From Candidatus Saganbacteria bacterium (GTDB lineage Bacteria > Margulisbacteria > WOR-1 > JAKLHX01), in contig JAPLKZ010000011.1 of NCBI GenBank assembly GCA_026387835.1, positions 86,135 through 118,134 on the forward strand: a stretch of 32,000 nucleotides of DNA, in the 5' to 3' direction. How positions within the stretch are numbered: the first letter of the stretch is position 1; each line of letters starts with the position of its first letter. The position numbers and the translations under genes were made by a program. The notes below the pieces were generated by a model. It saw only the letters and a program-made list of their open reading frames with translations. It had not been told where the DNA came from and did no database searches. Below, piece by piece: positions 18,657 to 27,545 of the stretch.

Positions 18657-19999
18657 TGAGTAAATTTGCCTGCCAAAATTGCGGAGCGATGTCCCCTTCA
18701 TGGGTCGGGAAATGCAGCGAGTGCGGGCAATGGAACACCTATGTCGAAGAAAAGACAAAAGCCAAAAACCAAAAGTCAAAAGGGAAAGGCCATGAAAGGC
18801 AGATCATATCGCCGGTAGATATAGGAAGCGTCAGGATAGAAAAAGAAAACAGGTTTTCAAGCGGGATAGGGGAGTTTGACAGAGTGCTCGGAGGCGGAGT
18901 TCTGAAAGGGGCTGCTATTCTCGTAGCCGGAGAACCGGGGATCGGGAAATCGACGATGATGCTTCAGCTTTCGGCCTCGCTCTCAAAAAGCGGGAAGGTC
19001 CTTTATGTCAGCGGCGAAGAATCTTCATCACAGATAAAGTTCAGATCGGAACGGCTTAGCATAAAATTTGGGCAACTTCTGTTACTCACGAACACCGTGC
19101 TTTCCGAGATCGAAGACCAGATAGATAAACTGAACCCAAGCGTTATTATCATTGATTCCATACAAACTATAGAGAGCGAGGAGGTCGAATCAAGCGCAGG
19201 CTCGGTCTCTCAGGTGAAAGAATGTGCTGCCAGGCTTGTCCAAACAGCGAAAGAGAAGAATATCCCGGTTTTCATCGTAGGCCAGGTGACAAAGGACGGA
19301 TCCGTAGCGGGGCCCAGGATACTGGAGCATATGGTTGATACTGTCCTTTATTTTGAAGGAGAGCAGAACAAAAATTACAGGATACTGCGCGCGGTAAAGA
19401 ACAGGTTTGGCTCTACTAACGAGATCGGCATCTTTGAAATGACATCAAAAGGTCTCGAGGAAGTATTGAACCCTTCGAAACTTCTTCTGGACGAAGGGTC
19501 AGCCGGCTCCCCCGGTTCCGCTATCACTGTCGCCATGGAAGGCAGCAGGCCATTAGCCGTGGAGATCCAGGCCTTGAACAGTCCTTCAAAAATGGCCGTT
19601 CCGAGAAGGGTTGTCACCGGTTTGGACTATAACAGATGTTCGATGATAATCGGTGTGCTTGAAAGAAAAGCAGGCATCAGACTGAGCGAACAGGAAATTT
19701 ACATGAGCGTTGCTTCAGGTATATACGTGGACGAGCCGGCGGCGGATCTTCCAGCCGCGTGCGCGATTGTCTCGTGTGTAAAAAATAAGGCAGTGGACCC
19801 AAAGACGGTCATAATAGGGGAGATCGGTTTGACCGGTGAAATAAGATCAGTCCCTCACATAGAGAAAAGGCTGCAGGAAGCAAAAAAACTCGGATTTACA
19901 AAAGCCGTATTTCCAAAAGGCAACTCGACTGCAATTCCAGGGATGAAATCGGTCATAGTATCCAATTTGAAAGAAGCGGTAAGCACCTTGTTCGAATAG
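18656..19999 (+). CDS. radA: DNA repair protein RadA/Sms
   Basis: N-terminal zinc finger CQNCGAMSPSWVGKCSECGQWNT, Walker A GEPGIGKST, RadA motif KNRFGSTNEIG, C-terminal Lon-like domain. Confidence 0.96.
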   Translation: MSKFACQNCGAMSPSWVGKCSECGQWNTYVEEKTKAKNQKSKGKGHERQIISPVDIGSVRIEKENRFSSGIGEFDRVLGGGVLKGAAILVAGEPGIGKSTMMLQLSASLSKSGKVLYVSGEESSSQIKFRSERLSIKFGQLLLLTNTVLSEIEDQIDKLNPSVIIIDSIQTIESEEVESSAGSVSQVKECAARLVQTAKEKNIPVFIVGQVTKDGSVAGPRILEHMVDTVLYFEGEQNKNYRILRAVKNRFGSTNEIGIFEMTSKGLEEVLNPSKLLLDEGSAGSPGSAITVAMEGSRPLAVEIQALNSPSKMAVPRRVVTGLDYNRCSMIIGVLERKAGIRLSEQEIYMSVASGIYVDEPAADLPAACAIVSCVKNKAVDPKTVIIGEIGLTGEIRSVPHIEKRLQEAKKLGFTKAVFPKGNSTAIPGMKSVIVSNLKEAVSTLFE

Positions 20000-20000
20000 T

Positions 20001-20282
20001 CTATCTGTCTTTTGCCTGAAGCTCTCTTTTTAGCTCATTTGAAAAAGACGAATATATTTTTTCGGAAATGAATTTGCGCGCGGCAACCGGAAGTTTACCG
20101 AACACAGAATCGCCGTCAACGGCGCTCCTGGCTTCGTTGAGAAGTTTAGATATGGTCCTCTCCTGAGGACCTGTTTTATTTGAAGTTCGCATATTATTTA
20201 CTTTCCCTGCTATACCAGCTGCTATCATCTTTTGTCTCTCCTTGGCGGTCAGGTGATCTTTATTTATTAAAAGGAAGGTCAA
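20001..20282 (-). CDS. Hypothetical protein (about 93 aa)
   Basis: Open frame downstream of dapB on the same strand, ending 1 nt from the convergent radA stop. No family recognised. Start uncertain. Confidence 0.45.
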   Translation of the reverse strand: MTFLLINKDHLTAKERQKMIAAGIAGKVNNMRTSNKTGPQERTISKLLNEARSAVDGDSVFGKLPVAARKFISEKIYSSFSNELKRELQAKDR

Positions 20283-20365
20283 CAGGCAAGCCTCCCCTTC
20301 AATTAATTATCGGACACAAAATACCGAAATTTCAGTAAAAATAGAAAATACGAGGGGATATTCTT

Positions 20366-21100
20366 TTACAGGATATTTTCAAGCCCGCAGACAAGCCCGT
20401 CAAGTCCCGCGACTTTTTTTACAGCAAGCATGACTCCGGGCATGAAAGATTCCCTGCTGACAGTGTCGTGCCTGATCGTGAGGGTCTGTCCAAGACCGCC
20501 AAATATCACTTCCTGGTGGGCAACAAGGCCGGGCAGTCTTACGCTGTGTATAGGAACAGATCTGCCGGAGGTTTTTTTCATCATCTCGGAAGTCTTTAAA
20601 GCAGTGCCGGAGGGCGCATCGATCTTCAGGTCATGATGAAGCTCTATTATTTCCGCCTTAGGCAAGAATTTTGAAGCTTCGACCGAGAACTTCATCATGA
20701 GTACCGCTCCGATAGCAAAGTTCGGGGCTATCAGCGCGTTGACAGAGTTTTTTTTGCATATCGATCCAATTTCTTTTATGTCCGACTCAGAAAGTCCCGT
20801 TGTGCCGATCACCGCATGAGCCTTATTTTCCAATATGGTTTTTGAGTTCATAAGAGCAGTTTTAGGGAGCGTAAAATCAATGACGACCGCGGTGCCCGTA
20901 TCTTTTATCGCCTTCGCAAGGTCGCTGCCGACCGTGATATTTATTTTTCCGATCCCGGCTATCTCTCCTATATCAGAACCTACATTGACGATGTCAACAG
21001 CCCCGACAAGTTTAAGGTCGGGCTCGTTCATCACAGCTTTCACGATCTCCCGGCCCATCTTGCCGCAGGCGCCGTTAACAAGGGTTTTTATTTTGCCCAT
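20366..21100 (-). CDS. dapB: 4-hydroxy-tetrahydrodipicolinate reductase
   Basis: VNGACGKMGREIVKAV, ELHHDLKIDAPSGTALKTSEM, and GxTGLSE-type segment VIGTTGLSE. Confidence 0.96.
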   Translation of the reverse strand: MGKIKTLVNGACGKMGREIVKAVMNEPDLKLVGAVDIVNVGSDIGEIAGIGKINITVGSDLAKAIKDTGTAVVIDFTLPKTALMNSKTILENKAHAVIGTTGLSESDIKEIGSICKKNSVNALIAPNFAIGAVLMMKFSVEASKFLPKAEIIELHHDLKIDAPSGTALKTSEMMKKTSGRSVPIHSVRLPGLVAHQEVIFGGLGQTLTIRHDTVSRESFMPGVMLAVKKVAGLDGLVCGLENIL

Positions 21101-21111
21101 ATTCCACCTCC

Positions 21112-22374
21112 TTATATCGAGATCTTCTTTATCGGCAGTTCTTTAAAATCACCGATGACTACCAGATTTAAATATTTATCGATAAAATGCAGGTTTGCTA
21201 TCCTTATTATATCTTCCATGCTCACTGAATCTATCTTTTCAAAGATCTCGTCGATGGGAACAATTCTACCATAGTAAAACAATGATTTTCCTGTGTAATT
21301 CATACGGCTGTTACTTGTCTCAAGGGCAAGCACAAGAGACCCTTTGAGGAACTCTTTTGCTCTTGACATCTCCTCGTCCGTGATCCCGTTCTTTTTGATG
21401 CCAGAGAGTTCTTTGACCGTAAGTTCTATCACCTGCTCGAAATTCTTCGGACTTGCTCCTGCATAGATGCCAAAAAGCCCTACGTCCTTAAACCCCTGGT
21501 TAAACGAATAAACAGAATAGACCAAAGCCCTTTTTTCCCTGATCTCCTGGAACAGTCTGGAGCTCATCGAACCGCCGAGAGCGTTATCGAGTATCGCGCA
21601 GACATACCTGTCTTCATCGTTCTGTGACGAACCCTTCGTGCCGAGGATGATATGGGCTTGTTCGGTCTTTTTTACCTTGAGCTTGATATTAGAACTGATT
21701 TCGGGAATATTTTCGGTTTTAATGGATTTGTTGCCGGCAAATGAAGAAAAGATACCGTTCAATGTATCAAGTACCATCTTTTTATCTATCCGGCCGGCTA
21801 CCGAGATGATCAGATTGTCGGGCGTATAAAGTTCTTTTCTATAAACCGATATCTTTTCCCTGTTAATATCTTTTACGGTCTTTTCTTCGCCTAAGATAGA
21901 ATTCCCGAGGTTGTGATGGTGAAGTATCGTTGAAGCAAAGATGTCGTGTATCTGCTCGTCAGGCGTGTCCTCGTACATCTTGATCTCTTCAAGGACTACG
22001 TTCCTTTCCATGTCCAGGTCCTTTTCAAGGTAAAGGGAGTCCAGGAAAATATCGCCCAGCACATCGGCGGCGACATTGAAATATTTATCCTGCACAACGG
22101 CATAATAGACCGTATACTCTTTTCCGGTGAACGCGTTCAGCCTGCCTCCGACGCGGTCGAGTGCCTGGGCGATCTCAAAGGCCGACCTTTTTTTGGTGCC
22201 CTTGAAGGTCGTGTGTTCTATGAAATGGGATATCCCCATGACGTCTTTATTTTCCGTTATCGAGCCGGCCCCGACGGTCAGGCCTATGCTTACCGAGCGA
22301 AGGTGAGGCAACTCTTCAATAGCGACTTTGATGCCGTTCTCTAAAATATCTATATCGGCGTTTGGGATTTTCAT
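21112..22374 (-). CDS. M16 family zinc peptidase (processing-peptidase-like)
   Basis: HxxEH motif in GISHFIEHTTFKGTKKRS, downstream NAFTGKEYTVYYA and ERNVVLEEIKMYEDTPDE, and C-terminal SSRLFQEIREKRALVYSVYSF. Confidence 0.95.
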   Translation of the reverse strand: MKIPNADIDILENGIKVAIEELPHLRSVSIGLTVGAGSITENKDVMGISHFIEHTTFKGTKKRSAFEIAQALDRVGGRLNAFTGKEYTVYYAVVQDKYFNVAADVLGDIFLDSLYLEKDLDMERNVVLEEIKMYEDTPDEQIHDIFASTILHHHNLGNSILGEEKTVKDINREKISVYRKELYTPDNLIISVAGRIDKKMVLDTLNGIFSSFAGNKSIKTENIPEISSNIKLKVKKTEQAHIILGTKGSSQNDEDRYVCAILDNALGGSMSSRLFQEIREKRALVYSVYSFNQGFKDVGLFGIYAGASPKNFEQVIELTVKELSGIKKNGITDEEMSRAKEFLKGSLVLALETSNSRMNYTGKSLFYYGRIVPIDEIFEKIDSVSMEDIIRIANLHFIDKYLNLVVIGDFKELPIKKISI

Positions 22375-22412
22375 TTTTATTGGCGCTGAAGACGTTCAGT
22401 AATCACTTCAAC

Positions 22413-23027
22413 TTATCTATAAAGTCCCTTCTTGTTGATATATCTCAAAACCGCCTTAGGGATCATTCTATCAATATTCTTCCCCTTTTTCATTCTTTCC
22501 CTGATATCGCTTGAAGAAAGGTCCATCTTAAGTTCGAATAGTTCCACCTTGTCTTTATTGATGCTGATAGGGGGGAACTTCATTATTCTTCTGAAAGTGC
22601 GCAGCTTTGACCCCGGCCTGGTCGCTATTAAAAATTGGCAGAGTTTAAAAAGCTCCAGCGGTTTTTTCCAGCTGAGGATGCTGTTTATCGAATCAAGTCC
22701 CATAATATAGAACAATTTCGTTTCGCTTCCGAAGCGCCTCTTTAATTTTTTGAAAGTGTCAATGGCATACGAGTAACCTTTTCTATCGATCTCTATCCGT
22801 GAGACGGTGAACTTTTTGCGGCCTTTTAAGGCGAGGCGGACCATCTTCATCCTGGCCTGTTTCGGGGCAAGGTCCTTATCGCTTTTGTGCGGGGGAAAGC
22901 CTGTCGGGACAAATATTACCGTTTCAAGGCCGAATTCTTTTACCGCTTTTTTTGCGAGTGCGATGTGGCCGTTGTGGACAGGATTGAAAGTCCCGCCGAG
23001 GATGCCGACCCTTTTCAAACCCTGCAC
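22413..23027 (-). CDS. nadD: Nicotinate-nucleotide adenylyltransferase
   Basis: VGILGGTFNPVHNGHIALA, FVPTGFPPHKSDK, DLSSSDIRERMKKGKNI (ISSTxIR-like). GTG start overlaps the end of proA. Confidence 0.94.
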   Translation of the reverse strand: MQGLKRVGILGGTFNPVHNGHIALAKKAVKEFGLETVIFVPTGFPPHKSDKDLAPKQARMKMVRLALKGRKKFTVSRIEIDRKGYSYAIDTFKKLKRRFGSETKLFYIMGLDSINSILSWKKPLELFKLCQFLIATRPGSKLRTFRRIMKFPPISINKDKVELFELKMDLSSSDIRERMKKGKNIDRMIPKAVLRYINKKGLYR

Positions 23028-24265
23028 TGCCCGTTCCCTTCGACAATATATTTATAGGTTGTAAGCTCTTTCAGTCCCATCGGGCCACGCGCGTGTAGTT
23101 TTTGGGTGGAAATTCCTATTTCCGCGCCAAAACCGAACTCGCCGCCGTCAGTAAATCTTGTGGAAGCGTTCACGTACAACGCGGCTGAATCTATTTTTGA
23201 TGTGAAGGCTTTTGCCTTTTCCGCATCTTTCGTAAGTATTGTTTCGCTGTGGTGCGAGCCGTATTTTGATATATGTTCTATCGCTTCATCAAGTCCGCTG
23301 ACGACCTTTACCGCAAGTATCAGGTCCAGATATTCAGTGTACCAATCTTTCTCGACAGCGTTTTTTACCAATTTATCGATAGCTTTGGTCTTTTTGCATC
23401 CTCTGATCTCGACTCCCGTGGCTTTAAGGCGTTCGAGCATCTTCGGTAGAAAGACTCCGGCTATTTTTTCATCCACAAGCAGCGTTTCGATGGCATTACA
23501 AACCGAAGGACGCTGGACTTTGGCGTTGAACACGACATCCTCTGCCATTTTAAGATCGGCACTTTCCTCGACATAAGCGTGGCAGTTGCCGACCCCGGTC
23601 TCTATGACAGGGACCCTGGAATTTTCAACGACCATATTGATCAATCCTGCGCCGCCCCTGGGGATCACGCAGTCGATGTATTGCCGGAGGCCGAGAAGGT
23701 CTTTTACAGCGGACCTTTCCGTTGTTTTTATGAATTCTATCGAACTTTTTGGAAGACCGGCTGAGGACGCCGCGTCCGATATTATTTTTGCGATGCAGGA
23801 ATTCGTATTTACCGCGTCACTTCCGCCGCGCAGGATGACGCAGTTGCCAGCTTTGATGCAAAGGCCGGCCGCGTCAACCGTCACGTTGGGACGGGCTTCA
23901 TATATTATCGCTATCGTCCCGATCGGCACGCGGACTTTTTTTATCCTGAGGCCGTTAGGCCTGGTCCATTCTTCAATGACCTCTCCGACAGGGTCGGGAA
24001 GGCCGATCACAATATCAAGCCCTTTGCACATCTCATCGATCCTTTTTTGGTCCAGTGCGAGTCTGTCTATAAGTGCGTTTGAAAGGCCTTTTCTGATGCC
24101 GGACTTAACATCCTTTTCATTTGCCGACATGATCCCGGCGGAGTTTTCCTTAAGAGCCTCTGCCATCTTTTTCAATGCCGCGTTCTTTTTTCCGGCAGGG
24201 GCTACTGCAAGGAGCCGCGCCGCCAGAGCAGCATTTTTAGCTTTTATTTCCGTTTCTTTTTTCAC
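23015..24265 (-). CDS. proA: Gamma-glutamyl phosphate reductase
   Basis: RVPIGTIAIIYEARPNVTVDAAGLCIKAGNCVILRGG, PRGGAGLI, GVGNCHAYVE, FTDGGEFGFGAEIGISTQKLHARGPMGLKELTTYKY. Confidence 0.97.
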   Translation of the reverse strand: MKKETEIKAKNAALAARLLAVAPAGKKNAALKKMAEALKENSAGIMSANEKDVKSGIRKGLSNALIDRLALDQKRIDEMCKGLDIVIGLPDPVGEVIEEWTRPNGLRIKKVRVPIGTIAIIYEARPNVTVDAAGLCIKAGNCVILRGGSDAVNTNSCIAKIISDAASSAGLPKSSIEFIKTTERSAVKDLLGLRQYIDCVIPRGGAGLINMVVENSRVPVIETGVGNCHAYVEESADLKMAEDVVFNAKVQRPSVCNAIETLLVDEKIAGVFLPKMLERLKATGVEIRGCKKTKAIDKLVKNAVEKDWYTEYLDLILAVKVVSGLDEAIEHISKYGSHHSETILTKDAEKAKAFTSKIDSAALYVNASTRFTDGGEFGFGAEIGISTQKLHARGPMGLKELTTYKYIVEGNGQCRV

Positions 24266-24298
24266 AGGATCACCATATCAAGTCCCCCCGGTCTTTTT

Positions 24299-25093
24299 TT
24301 ATTTTTTATGAGATTTTGGTATAAATAGAGTCCCGATATTTTCCCCGCTCAAGATCCTTTTTACGACATCTTTTTCTTTGCTGAGCGCAATGACCAAGGG
24401 TATCCCGGCGTTCCCCGCGATAGCTGCCGCCCTGAGCTTAGTTTGCATTCCGCCGATTCCAAATGACGAATCCGAACCTTTGGCGGCCTTTTCTACCTCT
24501 TTAGTGATCTTATTGATCTCGGAAAGGACCGTTCTGTCCTTGATGAACCCCTCCACATTGCTCAGGATAACTAAAAGGTCGGCGTCCGCAAGGTCGGCCA
24601 CCAAAGCCGACAGGGTATCGTTATCTCCAAACTTTATCTCATCGACCGAAACTGTGTCGTTCTCGTTTATTATGGGGATGGCCTTGAATTTTAAAATTTG
24701 CCTGATCGTGTTCCTTGAATTTATGCGGCGCTGGAAGTTCTCGATCGCGTCCCGGGTCAAAAGCACCTGCGATACCGTGATCCCGAAAGAGGCAAAGTTT
24801 TTTTCATATTCTTTCATCAGAAGAGGTTGTCCGATGGCTGCGGCAGCCTGTTTTTCTTCAATAGTCTTAAGAGAACCTTTATGGGAAAGCTTCTGTGATC
24901 CCGCCGCGATCGCGCCGGAAGTTACCACTATAACCTTTTTGCCGAGGTCCTTTATCAGATAAGAGATCTCTTTTGAGAGTTTTTTGAAAAGCCTGGAGTC
25001 AAGCCGGCCAGTACTGTCCGTGAGCGAGCTGGTCCCTATCTTGATGACGATCAAGGCGGCATCGGATAATGTTTGGCGAGAAAAAGTTGCCAT
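24299..25093 (-). CDS. proB: Glutamate 5-kinase (short form, no C-terminal PUA domain apparent)
   Basis: VIKIGTSSLTDSTG, VTSGAIAAGSQKL, NENDTVSVDEIKFGDNDTLSALVADLADAD, GIGGMQTKLRAA. Ends at 264 aa soon after the kinase domain. Confidence 0.95.
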   Translation of the reverse strand: MATFSRQTLSDAALIVIKIGTSSLTDSTGRLDSRLFKKLSKEISYLIKDLGKKVIVVTSGAIAAGSQKLSHKGSLKTIEEKQAAAAIGQPLLMKEYEKNFASFGITVSQVLLTRDAIENFQRRINSRNTIRQILKFKAIPIINENDTVSVDEIKFGDNDTLSALVADLADADLLVILSNVEGFIKDRTVLSEINKITKEVEKAAKGSDSSFGIGGMQTKLRAAAIAGNAGIPLVIALSKEKDVVKRILSGENIGTLFIPKSHKK

Positions 25094-25101
25094 AAGAGGT
25101 G

Positions 25102-25344
25102 TCAGGCCGGGACTATGCTGACTTTTCTATTGCTTCCGAAAACGACCTTGCCGCCTGTAAGTGCGAAGAGAGTATCGTCTTTGCCGATGCCGACCCCTAC
25201 GCCCGCCTTGAATTTGGTCCCTCTTTGCCTGAGTATGATAGAGCCCGCGTTGATGGTCTCCCCGCCGTAGGCTTTCACGCCGAGCCTCTGGCCGTTAGAG
25301 TCTCTGCCGTTACATGAAGTCCCTCCGCCTTTTTTATGTGCCAT
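25102..25344 (-). CDS. rpmA: 50S ribosomal protein L27
   Basis: [48 protein letters not shown]. Confidence 0.96.
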   Translation of the reverse strand: MAHKKGGGTSCNGRDSNGQRLGVKAYGGETINAGSIILRQRGTKFKAGVGVGIGKDDTLFALTGGKVVFGSNRKVSIVPA

Positions 25345-25363
25345 GTCTGTTCTCCTAAAATAG

Positions 25364-25675
25364 TCAGGTTGATATTTTTTCGACCTGAAGCCTTGTATAC
25401 TTCTGACGGTGCCCGATCGTCCTGTGGTAATTGATCTTGTTCTTATATTTGAAAGAGACGACCTTTTTATCCTTTATCTCATCAAGGACTTTGCTCTCGA
25501 CGGTGGCGCCTTTTACATACGGAGTGCCGATCTTTATCGCATCATCATCCGAAACGAGCAATACCTTGTCAAACGCCACGGTCTCGTCTTTTTTTAAAGC
25601 AAGAAGTTCGACATCTATTACAGATCCCGGACCGACTTTATATTGTTTATTGCCGGACTCGATTATCGCGTACAT
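25364..25675 (-). CDS. rplU: 50S ribosomal protein L21
   Basis: [17 protein letters not shown]...[10 protein letters not shown]...[18 protein letters not shown]. Confidence 0.95.
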   Translation of the reverse strand: MYAIIESGNKQYKVGPGSVIDVELLALKKDETVAFDKVLLVSDDDAIKIGTPYVKGATVESKVLDEIKDKKVVSFKYKNKINYHRTIGHRQKYTRLQVEKIST

Positions 25676-25684
25676 TATGATATA

Positions 25685-25713
25685 AATATATCAAAAAAAA
25701 ATGCCCTTGTCAA
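25685..25713 (-). promoter_or_regulatory. Candidate sigma70-type promoter for rplU
   Basis: Minus strand TTGACA (25713-25708), 17-nt spacer, TATATT (25690-25685). Predicted TSS near 25678. Confidence 0.55.
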
Positions 25714-25735
25714 CGAGAGCGTATTTTGCTATAAT
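25707..25735 (+). promoter_or_regulatory. Candidate sigma70-type promoter for the infC operon
   Basis: TTGTCA (25707-25712), 17-nt spacer, TATAAT (25730-25735). Confidence 0.7.
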
Positions 25736-25758
25736 CTCAAATAATCGGAGGCACAGAC

Positions 25759-26268
25759 ATAGCCCCAAAATATTTCTTGATAAACGAGATGATCCGAGCA
25801 AAAGAGGTCAGGGTCATTGACAGCGACGGATCCCCGCTCGGGGTCCTTCCGACACAGACAGCTATCACCACGGCGCTTGACAAGGGGTTCGATCTTATTT
25901 TGATATCGCCGGACGCAAATCCTCCAGTATGCAGGATAGCCGACATGGGGAAGATGCGTTACGAGCAGGCAAAGAAGGAAAAACAGTCGAGAAAAGGGCA
26001 GAAAGCGGGGCAGCTTAAAGAAATAACGCTTTCGATAAAGATCGGGGAGCATGATTTTCAGGTCAAGGCGGCCCGGGCAAAGGAGTTCCTGGAAAAAGGC
26101 TGCAAGGTAAAAGTATCTCTGCGGTTCCGCGGCAGGGAAGTGACGCATCCGGATATCGGAAGAAGGTTGATGGAAAGGATGGGAGATACTCTTTCAGTCG
26201 CAGGGAAAGTCGAGTCTTTGGCAAGTGCTGATGCCAGGAACATGATACTGATACTGTCCCCAAAATGA
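25759..26268 (+). CDS. infC: Translation initiation factor IF-3, probably initiating at an AUA codon
   Basis: ...LINEMIRAKEVRVIDSDGSPLGV...PPVCRIADMGKMRYEQAKKEKQSRK...KEITLSIKIGEHDF. GGAGG at 25747-25751 is 7 nt upstream of ATA at 25759. The ORF-track start (TTG 25777) has no properly spaced Shine-Dalgarno. Confidence 0.9.
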   Translation: MAPKYFLINEMIRAKEVRVIDSDGSPLGVLPTQTAITTALDKGFDLILISPDANPPVCRIADMGKMRYEQAKKEKQSRKGQKAGQLKEITLSIKIGEHDFQVKAARAKEFLEKGCKVKVSLRFRGREVTHPDIGRRLMERMGDTLSVAGKVESLASADARNMILILSPK

Positions 26269-26323
26269 TGAAGACCTGAAAAAACCCTTCAAAATGTGTT
26301 ATTATTTATATTAAGGATACAAA

Positions 26324-26530
26324 ATGCCTAAAAACAAGATTAAAACAAGAAAAGCGGCCGCAAAGAGATTCCGTTTTACGGGGACCGGAAAGATCGTAAG
26401 AAGAAAAGCCTATAAAAGGCATATCCTTGAATCCAAGACATCTAAACAGAAAAGACGGTTAAGCAAGGATATCCTGGTGTCAAAATCTGACGAGCACCGC
26501 GTGAGATCCATGCTTGCCGGCCAAAAATAA
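26324..26530 (+). CDS. rpmI: 50S ribosomal protein L35
   Basis: [46 protein letters not shown], located between infC and rplT. Confidence 0.95.
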   Translation: MPKNKIKTRKAAAKRFRFTGTGKIVRRKAYKRHILESKTSKQKRRLSKDILVSKSDEHRVRSMLAGQK

Positions 26531-26545
26531 GAAAGGTCTATTTAA

Positions 26546-26896
26546 ATGGTAAGGGTAAAAAGAGGATTCGTTGCAAGAAGAAAAAGAAAAAAAGTATTAA
26601 AGAGGGCTAAAGGCTTCAGAGGATCCCTCAGCAGGCTTTACCGGGCCGCGAAACAGGCCGTATATCACTCGCAAAGATATGCCACTGCCGACAGGCGAAC
26701 AAGAAAAGGCGACTTCCGTGCGCTCTGGAACGCGAGGATAAACGCCGCGGTAAGAAAATACGGACTTTCATACAGCAGGTTCATCAACAGCTTAAAGAAG
26801 AACAAGATATTGCTTAACAGGAAGATGCTTTCCGACCTTGCCATCTTTGATCCAAAAGCCTTCTCAAAGATAGTCGATATTGTGAAGAGCAAATAG
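26546..26896 (+). CDS. rplT: 50S ribosomal protein L20
   Basis: [26 protein letters not shown]...[32 protein letters not shown]. Confidence 0.97.
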   Translation: MVRVKRGFVARRKRKKVLKRAKGFRGSLSRLYRAAKQAVYHSQRYATADRRTRKGDFRALWNARINAAVRKYGLSYSRFINSLKKNKILLNRKMLSDLAIFDPKAFSKIVDIVKSK

Positions 26897-26897
26897 T

Positions 26898-27389
26898 ATG
26901 ATCCAGATGGAAGTCGGCGGTTTAGGATTTGACCCCAGGAACTTTTCCCCTCTGGTGCTGCTGAAAGACAAAGACGAACTCAATTTTCTCCCAATATGGA
27001 TAGGGATATTTGAGGCGACGGCCATTGCGATGGAGCTTCAGGGCATCAAAGCCCCGCGGCCCATGACGCATGATCTTTTAAAGGATACCATAGATAAGTT
27101 CGGCGGCAAGATCACAAGGGTCGTCATAAACGACATCAAGGAAGGCACGTTCTATGCCACGGTCGAGATCGACACTAAAGACCAGAAAAAAATGATACTT
27201 GACGCGAGGCCGTCCGACGCGATAGCCCTTGCCGTCAGGAGCAGCTGCCCTGTTTTTGTCTCTGAAGTTGTCATGATGCAGTCAAAGCTGGTCAACGCGG
27301 AAAAAGACGCCGAGGAAACCCAGAAGTTCAAAGATTTCATCGAGAACATGAAGCCGGAAGATTTCAACCAGTATTATAAGAAAGACTAA
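26898..27389 (+). CDS. Bifunctional nuclease (BFN/DUF151) family protein
   Basis: PLVLLKDKDELNFLPIWIGIFEATAIAMELQGIKAPRPMTHDLL...LDARPSDAIALAVRSSCPVFVSEVVM. Confidence 0.92.
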   Translation: MIQMEVGGLGFDPRNFSPLVLLKDKDELNFLPIWIGIFEATAIAMELQGIKAPRPMTHDLLKDTIDKFGGKITRVVINDIKEGTFYATVEIDTKDQKKMILDARPSDAIALAVRSSCPVFVSEVVMMQSKLVNAEKDAEETQKFKDFIENMKPEDFNQYYKKD

Positions 27390-27545
27390 AAAGAGCTGAA
27401 GAGCTGAAGGCTGAAGTAACCCCTCAAGATTTCCATTTGATATAATAAGAAAAGCCCCCAAGACATCCTTAAGCTGCTTTTGCAAAAACCATCGAACAAT
27501 AATGAAATTCTTTGCAAATTATCACGATGATATTATTGATAACAT

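Noticed and set aside
23586-24311. Plus-strand 241-aa ORF opposite proA
   Set aside because: Antisense shadow ORF. The proA motifs on the minus strand are full length.
25777-25779. TTG start for infC as given in the ORF track
   Set aside because: No properly spaced Shine-Dalgarno. GGAGG is 7 nt before the in-frame ATA at 25759.
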